Source: Rhizophagus irregularis (taxonomy: Eukaryota). Taken from it: DNA of 64,000 bases. The notes below the pieces were generated by a model. It did not search any database. It was not told the DNA's origin and saw nothing but the letters and a program-made list of their open reading frames with translations. Shown here piece by piece: positions 53,567 through 64,000 of this stretch; the stretch's first letter is position 1, and each line of letters opens with the position of its first letter. Made by a program: the position numbers and the translations under genes. The stretch lies in NCBI RefSeq assembly GCF_026210795.1, contig NC_089430.1:5456001-5520000 (forward strand), written 5' to 3'.

Positions 53567-56000
53567 AGGGCTGGCCATCAGGATTTTTTTTCTTTGGTAT
53601 CAAGCATGTCTTCTTTATTTTTTCTTTCTTATTTGTTTATTCAATGTTATATTTCTAATTTCTTTCCTTTTTTTTCTTTCTTTTAAGTCTTTAGGTTTTT
53701 TGATTTGGTGTTTAAAGGTATGTTTTCTCTTTTTTTGTTTTCGTTCCTTACTTTTCGTTTTTTAATTCCTTTCTTTTTTTTTAGGTCTTCGGATTTTTCG
53801 GCTCTATGGTTAAAGGTAAGTTTTCATTCTTTTTCTTTTTCTTTGTTTTTTGTTCTTGCTTTTTATTTCTAATATTTTTTTTTCTTTCTTTAGTAGGTTT
53901 TTTTCTTCGAGTTTGCAGTCAAAGGTGTGTTTTTGCTTTTCTTTTTATTTTTGTTTTTTATATTTTGTTTCATACTAAATACTAATTATATTCTATTCTT
54001 TATTTTATGGATTTTTCATTTACGCCTTTTTCTGGTTCTTTTCCGTTCTTCTTCCCCTTTTTTTTGCTCTTTTTCGTTCCTCCTTCCCTTTTTTTCTTTC
54101 GTCCCCTTCTTTTTCTTATTATTTCTCATTCCTTCTCTTTTTCCCGTTCTTTTTCCTCCTTATTATTTTCGTTTCTTCTCCTCTTTATTACTCTTTTTCG
54201 TTCCCCTTCTCTTTTCTTGTTTCTTTCATCCTCTTTCTTTACTCTTATTCTTTTTCACCCCTCTTTTTTTATTTTACTTTTTCGCTCTTTCTTCCTTTTT
54301 CTTGTCCTTTTTTGTTCCTTTTTTTGCTCCCTCATTCTGTTATTTTCATTTTCATCTATTTTTTCATCATTTTTCGTTCCCTATTATTCATCATTTTTCA
54401 TTTCTTATCATTTTGTTAATCACCTTTTCATCTTTCATCATTTTGTTAATCAATTCCGTCTTTTTCATCCCTTATGATTTTTTCGTTACCTTGTTTGTTC
54501 GTTGTTAAAATATAATGTATATTTCTTGATTTGGTCGGTGTTTCTTAAAATACTTATAAAATAAGTCTTTATTGTTAAAAATCTTAAAATAAATAAATAA
54601 TTTATTTATGAAAGAAAAAATTGGTTTTGATCATTCATTAAGTTTTTTTTTTATAATTAAAATGGGAAAATAAACATAAATTTCTCGTGTAGTGTTAATT
54701 AGCTAATCAAAATTTAGGGATGAAAAATAGCATTACAGTACTCACCCAGGGTGAGGAATAAATTTACTCTTATGCAAATGTTTATACTAATAATATATGA
54801 TTTTATAATGCTATGTTTAGGCTTGTGTCTTAAATAGGGAAAATTAAGACTTTTCAGATGAAATAAAGTATATTTATTATATCTAGCTTAATAATTATTA
54901 TATTATAAAAATTTTTTCAAGTAAATACGTCGGTATAATTACCACTTTCGTTATTAGATATTTTACTTTTTGAACGTATATTAGATTGATGTTTGATTCA
55001 GTCATTTCATTATTATTAGCTATTTGAAATGTTCCAAATTTTTTTTGAAATATTTTGAATTTAACTTAAATTACCTATAATTTTTTTCTTATTTGCTTTA
55101 CTTGCATTTGACTTCTTTCCACCTCTTCCACTTCTTTTACCTTTTCCATCTCGCATTTTTAAAATTTAATAATTAGTCATTGAAAAAAGGTCGTTAAAGT
55201 TCATTTATTAATTATTTTAGAAATTTATCAATAATGATGAATTAATAACAGTTAATTACTAATATTTATTTGAAAGCTTACTTAAGCATAGTCTAATAAG
55301 GGAAACGTCTAAAAACCGTGTGATTTTATACTATTCGAATTTTTTCTTTAGTTAATATGAGATCGAACCTGGCTTTAGATCTTACCATTGTAAAGGCTAG
55401 TTGAAATTATTAATTTTGGGGCGCAGTATTTTAAGTGTATAAAAATTTGAAGTGTTTTAAATGTACTGCGTCCGTAATGACGTAAAACTATTTTTTTTCG
55501 TAAAACTATTCTTTGAAGGAGTTAGATTTTTAAATTGTTTTTATAACTTTATTATACAGTTCGACACTATAGTGTAATACTTAATATAAGAATATTAGCG
55601 ACAGGTGTTTTGGTGTTTTGATTATTGTTTCTTTATTAGAAGTAAGAGTAACGTCGAAAGGTATAAATACACCTTAAAGTCATGGGCTTAAATACCATTT
55701 TTTTCATTGGAATTTCGTTTATATTTTACCTGATTATTTTGGATTCATTTTTCCTTTTTTTTTATGATGAAAAAGAGCCACCTTAGATATTATATTTAAG
55801 GGTTTATTGAGGTTATTAATAAGGGGGAAAACTATCGCAGTTTAATTTTAGGATTTGAAATACAGGGGAATGGTTTTAAAATAAAGTTATTTTAGGATTT
55901 ATTATTTTTGTTATTTTATTTTATTATGAAACTCAGAATATATTAATATTTTATTGCATTAAATAAAGGATTATTTTTGTAGCTTGTGATGGCAAACGTC
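53567..56000. mobile_element. Probable transposon-derived insertion (AGGGCTGGCCATC end, T-rich low complexity, splice-signal array)
   Basis: Abrupt compositional change at 53567; only a partial inverted match (GATGGC near 55988); no TSD found, so the right boundary is uncertain. Confidence 0.4.
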
Positions 56001-56629
56001 TTTATGATGGGTACAAGTTCTACACCATCAAAAAAAATTCGGACATGTGATTTTGAGCATGTGATTTTACTATATACAGCGGCAGTTGTGGTAACAATTC
56101 TTACATCCAAGATAATTTCCTGATGTAATTACCTATAAGAACTGCTTTTATTTATGCCTAATTGTATTTCTATTTTTATGAGATCAAAATAGTTATCTAA
56201 AGAAATAAATTCTAATATTCAATTTCATTTTAGTTGCGGAGGCTCTAAAATTGTTTATAAATTTACATAATTACACTTAAAATGAAGTTAGATAATATAT
56301 ATTATGTATATTTTTGCTTTCAATAATTATTGAATCACAAATAATAAAATTAAATCAAAAAAAAAAATGAAAAGGATGACTACCAACATTTTTAATTATT
56401 AGAAATCAAATTGAGAAACATTAAGAATTTTCATGGGCCTATTATTTATATGTATTTGATTGTACCACGCTAAAAATTATGAAATTGGACACGTGATCGA
56501 TCATATAAGAGTATGTCGATCATCTTGTTATCCAGATTTAGAAAAAGGATGCATTTTGTTCACATGCTAATCACATATACAAAAATTTTCTATCCTCGAA
56601 CAGTCGAACTTTAACTTTGAGAAAAAACG

Positions 56630-59250
56630 ATGAAGGATGATACAATCACACCGGATGAAGAAAATCTTCGCTCACCGAAAATTTCAACACCTGGAACTAG
56701 TCGAAGTGTAACGTTAGACACCAATAAACCAGGTATTATTATTATTTTTTTATTATTATTACATTATTATTATAGTATTTTCTCTTTTTTTTTGATATAT
56801 TTTAATATTTTTTCCAATTTTATTTCAATGAAATGACTAGTATTAAGAAATAGACAACGCCAACGTTCACAATCTCAACCGCCTACTATTAATTACCAAT
56901 CTACTAGGCAAATTGAACAAAATAAGCCATTTACTAATCTAATTTTAATTATTTTAGTTATTTTAATTTTATTTATTGCGTCATATGTGTTTGTAAGAAA
57001 TTATTCTTAATGCTCGAAAATTTTAGTAAGAGTTCGTTCGCATTAATTTTCATTGATATATTTTAATTTACCTCAAAGATATTTTACGGACCCAACATTC
57101 TAGGTATATCGCATAAATGTATAATACTATAATTTACCTACTTTTACTTTACATATTAAATATATTAATATATTTATACTTTATTAGGTAACTTCTACTT
57201 TCGAACTTCTGATTTAAACATCATTTCTCTTTAGTAAACCAATTATTCCTTTGGACTGGATAATTATAGCATATAATAAGTAAGGACTGAGAATATAAAA
57301 TCGTTTTTCACGAAATTTATACTTTTTAATACAGTATTTATCAATTTGCACTCTTTAGACCTGAACCGATTCCGACTTTATTGGATATTGACATTATTGA
57401 CGCACCAGCCATACTCTTAATTGGAAAAACGGGTATGCCTTGATATTGTGTCTTTCTTTTTAACAATTTGAATTTTTTTTTATTGAAAATATGTTATACA
57501 TTTGTTTGAAAGGCGCGGGTAAAAGCACATTAGGGAATTTATTGTTGAAAACTTCCGAATATGAAAACCCGACTTTTCCTGTCTCTGATAGCTTTGTGAG
57601 TATAAAAAATAATGTACTCTATTTTAGATAATTTTATTTACTATTATTTCTAACTCGTAAAATGATTAGTCATCCTTCACTAAAAAATCTGGTTTCGCGA
57701 CAATAAAAATTGATAATAAAACTTATAACGTTATCGACACGCCAGGAATTTTTGACACTGATAACCCCAACGAAGTTACTCTAGAAGAAATTGCTCGAAC
57801 TATCCGAAAATGTTCTTATGGGATTAAGGCCATATTGTTCGTAATTGGTAAGTGAAAATACTAATTATATTATTCACAATAGAGAGATATATATTTAAAA
57901 AATTGTTTATAGAAGCCAAACGGTTCACGATAGAACAAAAAGAAATGGTTAACAAAATAAAATTATTTCTCGGAGATGAAGCGCTCCGATATATGATAAC
58001 TGTCTTTTCGTTTTGTGACAAAAAGCAAACCGAAAATCTTGATAATTTTAAAAAGTCATCTTGGAATAAAGAATTTAAGGATTTCATCAATTCCATGGGT
58101 AATCGATGGGCTATTTCTCCGAACTCAGATATTTTCCCGCCTGATAATCGTGTGCATCAACAACGCCTCAGAGAATTATGGAATCATATTATTTCTATAG
58201 ATGGAGTGTACACAAATGAATTACTCAAAAAAGCTCGGAAAAAACAAGAAGAAAATGCAAGAATTGCGAAAGAAGCGGAAGAGAAACGAAAAAGAAAATA
58301 CGATGAAAGTAGGAGAAGAGAAGGTGAAATAAATGCATTGGCGAAATATGAGATGTGGAGGGCAGAAGATGAGAAACAAGCAAAAGAAAGACAAAAAAAG
58401 GAAATAAAGGAGATAGTGGGATCTCTACTCAAAAAAATAGAAGCCCTAGAAAAAAGAGTGGATGAACTTTCCGGTGGTTGTTTCGAGCTTGAAACACAAG
58501 TCAAGCTTGAATCGGGAAGAATTATTAAAATGTCAGAACTTCAAACAGGGGATCGAGTGCTATCAAACGTAAGAAATGATATTGATGAATATTCAGAAGT
58601 TTATCTTATTGCTCACATTGGAAAACTCGAGCATGAAGAAAAGTTTGCTAAAGTCAACTTTACTAGACCGGATGGATCTAAAGGTATTTTTGGGGGATAA
58701 TTTGCTTGTAATTTGACAAATAAATAAATTATTCATTCTTATGATCTATTTTCATTTTTTTAGGACAATTGCGGCTCACAACTACTCATTATGTCTTTGA
58801 TGAAAATTTATCAATAATATTCGCTAAAGATCTGCGTCCTGGAGAAACAAAGATTTTGGTATCAGATGATAACAATAAGCTAGTTTCAGTCTTTGTGGAT
58901 GATGTAACAATAGTGAGTTTTCAAACTTTTATTAATACTGTAAAAGTTAATACTTTTCTTGACAATTAATACCCTGATATTTTAAACAGGAATTACATGA
59001 TGAGTACATTAGTTTCTACACACGAGCTGGGTCAGTTATCGCCAATGGTGTGCTTTGTTCCTGTTACGATCAATGCCCACCGTCTCAAATGCTTATGGAT
59101 CTGGTTTTTTTACCAGTTCGTTTGTGGACTTATATTATACCAAGTACACATCGTGAAGAACGACTTCATCCATATGTTCAGTTCTTTGAAACTGTATATC
59201 TTTTATTTATAAATTTTATGGGAAAAGGCAAACGACTTATTGGAAACTAA
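56630..59250 (+). CDS. GIN1: GIN1-like copy 3, apparently complete: TM helix, AIG1/GIMAP GTPase, coiled coil, Hedgehog-type Hint plus SRR-like tail
   Basis: LLIGKTGAGKST, DTPG, GG|CFELETQV, LRLTTTHYVF, FYTRAGSVIANGVLCSCY, VFLPVRLW...LHPYVQF, TAA 59248-59250. Same architecture as Glomus mosseae GmGIN1. Splicing between 57104 and ~57410 is not resolved. Confidence 0.82.
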
Positions 59251-59269
59251 ATCGTTAGTACAAAAATGT

Positions 59270-62200
59270 AAATTAATTTGGTTTAGATGATAATATTTCA
59301 TGATATTTTGTTAATAAATATTTTATTTGAAAATTTGATAGCGGTAATTTGATTTGTGATTGATAATAAGAGACTAATTTACAAACCATATTCCAAATTA
59401 ACCAGACGAATCTGACTGATGTGCAGAGGTCAAGTTTAATGTAGGCTACAATAAATGGTTCGTTAATCATGATAATACATAGCCTCTGAGCCTTGGTATC
59501 ATTTATAAAAAAAAACCTAGTACTTTAATATTGATATTATCAAGATCGGGATTAATTTTGAATTAATAAATATGATAATCAAAAATCTATAAATTATATA
59601 AAACTCATTCAAATGATCAAAAATTGGTAAATCTATTGTTATCTAGGGAATTTAATCGACTTAAAAAGTTATAAATGATGCGAGATCAATTAAAATCCAA
59701 AAATCGATTGACCTTTGATTGATCACGTGCAATCGATTTTTTACTTAATTTAAACGATTGAAACTTGCACATTTTTACAATAATTCATTTTTATTATAAT
59801 TATTTTACTATATTCCTTATTAATTTATTGTTCTATTACAATCAAAGTATCTTTTATGTTTGAATTAAAAAAAAATTAGTATTATTAATTTCATGGGAAG
59901 TTGGGAAATCTATATCAACGACATTGTTTAAATCAGTTTATGAACTTTTCTGATTCTATCTTCATCCTTAAATCACAAATTAAATAAATGAATTAATCGC
60001 ATTACTTCTTTTAACGGTTAATAGCTGAAAAATACTTAATAAGTATTCAGGCCAAATTGTTCGAATTGACTTAAGTTAATAAAATCTTTTTACAATTAAA
60101 AGGATTAAACTTTTTTAAAAAATATAAACCAGGATAACAAGGTTTTTTAAACGAAATAAAATAGTTTACCTTTTTCTCCAATTAGATGAAAACAAAGTGT
60201 TTTCGTGCGGTTAGTTTGTTGAGGTTTTTGTTTTTATTAATTTAACATTTTTTTTGCCCAGCTCGTGAGTTAAAGTGAATAATGTGAGTTAAATTTCGTA
60301 CTATTATTGATATATTAATATATTATATTTTCTAGTTTTAGATGATGGTATTATTATCCAAAAAAAAATCGTAATTTAAGTCGCAAACTTTGCTATAAGA
60401 TTATTAAATTAAAGACTGTTTGTCAAGGAAATTACAATTCTAATATTTGGAAAAATTTTTGAAAATTATAATTAGTTAAAAATATAACAATGATTAATTA
60501 TTTCTTTCCTTTAAAGGGTGATCTAAATTTTTTTAACTAAGCAAAGCAAAATCGTATTGTACCATGTACATGATTATAATTTATATTGTGTGATGCATTA
60601 ACCGAAAAAGCCTATGCAACAGAGTGACCAAAAAATTTAGGAAATTAAAAAAATTTTGTTAAGGCATAATTTAAGATACCGCCATTTGACCATTTAAGGG
60701 TATAACTCTTAAATCTGAACTCACAAAACTTACAAAAAAAAGTATTTTTGTATGATTTTGATCGACATCCGCATATTTTCTAGGTTAACATATTTTTTTC
60801 AGACGCCTTTTTATAGGTTATTCTATTATTAAATCTGAATTCATTTTTAATTTGAAGATTTCAATGGATTCTTATACTAAAAAGTATTAAGCTAATTCAG
60901 TCATAATTATACATGTAACGCAATGCATTTTCAGCGAAATCTTTGAAAATTGGACTAGTGGGAATAATGATATTGATGAATTTATTCAAAAAACTCAGCT
61001 ATTAGCTCATCATGATGTAAAAGAATCGGCATTAGAATGGATAACTTATGATAGATTTTATATTGCAAATTGCAAGTATGAAGTAATTTGGATTGATGGG
61101 ATATGATATTATTTATTGGAATAGAGTACATCAAAATTGGAAAGGAAAGATTGTAATATGTTTGTTAATTTGAAATGTTTAAATAATTCAAAGAGTGTTA
61201 CATTAGAATTTACGGATGAGGTATAATAATTTATAAATTTGCAATAATAAATCTTCTTTGTACTAATTTTCCTATGATATTGGAAAGACGACATTTATGA
61301 AATTTAAAATAAGCAGGCTACGTAGAGAGTCTAACTGTCAAACGTTGCTATAAATATAAAACCGTTGGAGCTGAGATCCGCCTAATTAAAGTTTTAGAAA
61401 TAGTATACAGGAGCGGTGAATATAAAATGAAAAGGACGGAGTATTTCTTTAGGATGTTTGATGCGAAGCTTACCTCACGTGAAATTAGAAATTGATATAC
61501 TGTAGAGTGTAGTAATTAGCAGGTGGTAAAGAAATTAAAAGAAGAGAAAGATAAATCAGACGAAAGAAATAATGGACACTTCGCCAAAATAATTAACATA
61601 AACAATATCAGATATATATTAATAATATACTTTAACGACGAAAAGGATATGATGAAGGCCGTTCATAATTCTGCAATGCAAGAGGAAATTGACGCAGGAC
61701 TGCAGATTAAAGGGCAAGATGAACTAATAGGTAAAGAAGGATTCTTCAAGAAACCGGGAATTCGAAAAATGGCAAATAACGTAGTTAATTCTCATAGTCT
61801 AACGGGTTCAATGATTCCGAGTAACGTTTTAGTTAACGATTTTAGCAAATTTGAATGCAGAACTGAATTTAACGATAGAATTAAAGATATCAATGTTAGT
61901 GTGGAAGGATCAAAAGGTAAAGGAGAAGTTGTCGAATCGGAAAATGATGAAGAATTGAATGGGAACAAAAAACGTGTTGTAAAAACCCATGGCAGTAAGG
62001 AAGATTAACCATTCAATAGAATAAACAAATGTGGGAAAGTAGGGTTAGGTTTTGTTTCTTTTTCTCGCCGGAAAAGAGTATGGGATAACCTAGTCAAGTG
62101 AAATGGGAAATCTTTGCCTAGTATCGATTACATTTCCATCGAACGAACGAAGTTTAATTTGACTATACTTTTCTGATATTTCACTTTTTTTGATTGAATT

Positions 62201-62313
62201 TATATATTTAATATTTTTGTGTTCACCTTAATGGGATTGTAATAATAGGAAAATAGTTAGTAATTGCATTATTAATGGAAATACACAAATTTCTGGGATT
62301 ACGTTAATATAGC
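59270..62313 (+). repeat. Segmental duplicate of ~44190-51480, minus the insertions in that copy
   Basis: Collinear blocks, e.g. 49000-49680 vs 59800-60320 and 50160-51480 vs 60820-62313, including the solo kinase module and a K/E-rich ORF remnant. Confidence 0.85.
60905..61225 (+). pseudogene. Frameshifted solo kinase N-lobe module
   Basis: NWTSGNNDIDEFIQKTQLLAHHDVKESALEWITYDRFY...LEFTDE|gtata, with indels. Confidence 0.7.
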
Positions 62314-62559
62314 AAATAAATTTTTAGAAAAAATGTAGTCCATAGTATAAAATTAATAAGTAGTAGGCGTAGGCCGTAGGCGCCCTACTTCCGTTAATAG
62401 ATAGAATAACCTGGTGTATATTAGTGTTATGCTTACTGTATTTTTTTTTCTTTATAAATGTATTCTCATTCTTGAATTCCATTATAATAAAAGGGAAATG
62501 CGCGTTACTAACAAAAAAAATCGTCTTTGTATTAATATCTGAGTTATGCTTACGCTATA

Positions 62560-63280
62560 TGGATATGTGTGAAAAATAATGGTGTCACTGAAATGGCTTT
62601 ATTAAAAGAAAGTATCAATAAAGTGTTGTCCGATGATTTGAATGTCAACGAAGCGGCGAATCAACGTCCTGAATTTGAAGAACCAATTTTGGATGAAGCA
62701 TCAACTAAATCTAACATAATGACCACGGCGGAAGGTTTAGTTAGAGAATTGACGAGAGGACTAATCAACGAAAATGGCTCAGAATATGTAAGACTGGTAG
62801 TGAAAAATCATTGCTGAGATTGGTTCTGGACGAATACTTGACAAATATTCAAAAATTGATATGGATGGAACGATGCAACGAAACAATAGAATTAGAAAAA
62901 CAAATGGGAATTTTTAAATATCTAGAGAGAAAAAAGAAGGGAGTTAAAGGTAGTAGTGACGAAGGAGAGAGAGATTTAGATAATATTGAAAATATTGAAA
63001 AACAAAAAAAAGAATAAAAAAAAAACATTTTAAAAATAGATTTAGCAGGAAAAACAAAGGAAGACGTATTTAGATTAGGCAATTCAGATCGATTTAAAAT
63101 AGCAAATCAGGTACATGTAATAGGTATTTAGTAAATACTTAGATTTATTTAGTTTATACTATATTAAAATCCAGGTGGATGTGTCTAAATTTTTTTAAAT
63201 ACTTTCTAATATGTAAATATATATATGAAGTTCAATGTATTAATTATAGTGACAAAATTTTCTTTTTGAAAAAAAAAGAA
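62560..63280 (+). pseudogene. Probable LINE ORF2 C-terminal/3' remnant
   Basis: Broken frame with IQKLIWMERCNETIELEK followed by a K/E-rich tail and an A-run near 63269. Confidence 0.45.
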
Positions 63281-63389
63281 TAATTTTATAATTAAACTTT
63301 GATATGATATACTATCAGCAAAAAATTAAATAAAGATATATAATTTAAAAAACAATACATTAATTACGGATGAAAACTGAAACGTTAAG

Positions 63390-64000
63390 TTAACTATTTT
63401 CATTAACGTTAATATTCAATTGAGAAATATTGATTTGTAAGGATTCTATTTAATAAATTAAGGCTTATTGTTAGTAATTGTGAACTAAGAGTATTTTAAA
63501 AATCGTTATATTTACCATTTTCATTAATATTCAATTGAGAAATGTTGATTTGTAAAGACTCTATTTAATAAATAATACTTTATATTATTAGTATTTTATA
63601 AACTAAGTGTTTTAAAGTCATTATATTTACCATTCTCATTAGTACTCAATTGAGAAAGATTACGCCGTAAAGATTCTATTTAATAAATTAATATTTTATT
63701 ATCAGTATTTATAAACTATGTATTTTTAAAGTTATACCACAGGTAAAATATTTACCATTCTTATCAATATTCAATTGAGAAAACCTAAGTTGTAAAGATT
63801 CTATTTAATAAATTGAAGTTATTATTAGTATAATATTAACTAAATATATCTACAAAGTAACAATTAATAAATTGCTTTATTAATACCTGAAAATTCCTCG
63901 CTTATTATATTATCATTTTTCTCATAATAATCATCAGAATTTTTTGGTTCGGGAAGATTATTGAAATCAAGCGATCTACTTGTATAAATAGCTTCCGAAT
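63390..64000 (-). CDS. Kinase D: 3' end of a fourth kinase with four tail micro-exons (gene continues beyond the window)
   Basis: SEAIYTSRSLDFNNLPEPKNSDDYYEKNDNIISEEFS|gt, then exons 63800-63756, 63675-63631, 63560-63516 and 63445 onward (stop at 63390 if unspliced). Confidence 0.82.

Noticed and set aside
53927..54508. Phe/Leu-rich ORFs as membrane proteins (also 34992-35315 and 25209-25409)
   Set aside because: Products of T-rich low-complexity sequence with non-ATG or arbitrary starts.
58478..59070. Intein or homing element
   Set aside because: It ends in Hedgehog-type SCY plus an SRR-like tail, not HN-C/S/T; no endonuclease; interrupted by spliceosomal introns.

Overview
Very AT-rich eukaryotic DNA with short GT-AG introns. 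The gene content (HRDLHxGN tyrosine-kinase-like kinases and AIG1-GTPase/Hint GIN1-like genes) points to an arbuscular mycorrhizal fungus (Glomeromycota, Rhizophagus-like); this is inferred, not proven. The only housekeeping gene is ER glucosidase I (about 2.2-6.4 kb). The rest is a fast-evolving accessory region with four components. (i) Three complete kinase genes and the 3' end of a fourth. The complete genes are built from tandem phase-0 exon modules that each encode a degenerate kinase N-lobe, and two of the four genes end in arrays of 45-nt micro-exons. (ii) A 6.3-kb DNA transposon with AGGACCC termini and an 8-bp TSD. It encodes an intact RAG1/Transib-like transposase with an FYR-like N-terminus, a convergent zinc-finger gene and a divergent micro-exon-like tract; a matching MITE lies elsewhere in the window. 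(iii) Three tandem TM-AIG1 GTPase-coiled coil-Hedgehog Hint (GIN1-like) paralogs, two of which have independently lost the Hint module. (iv) An intact Tc1 element, several MITEs, a 2.6-kb poly(A)/TSD retroposed insert, and LINE remnants. Exon boundaries were read by eye and no database searches were run.
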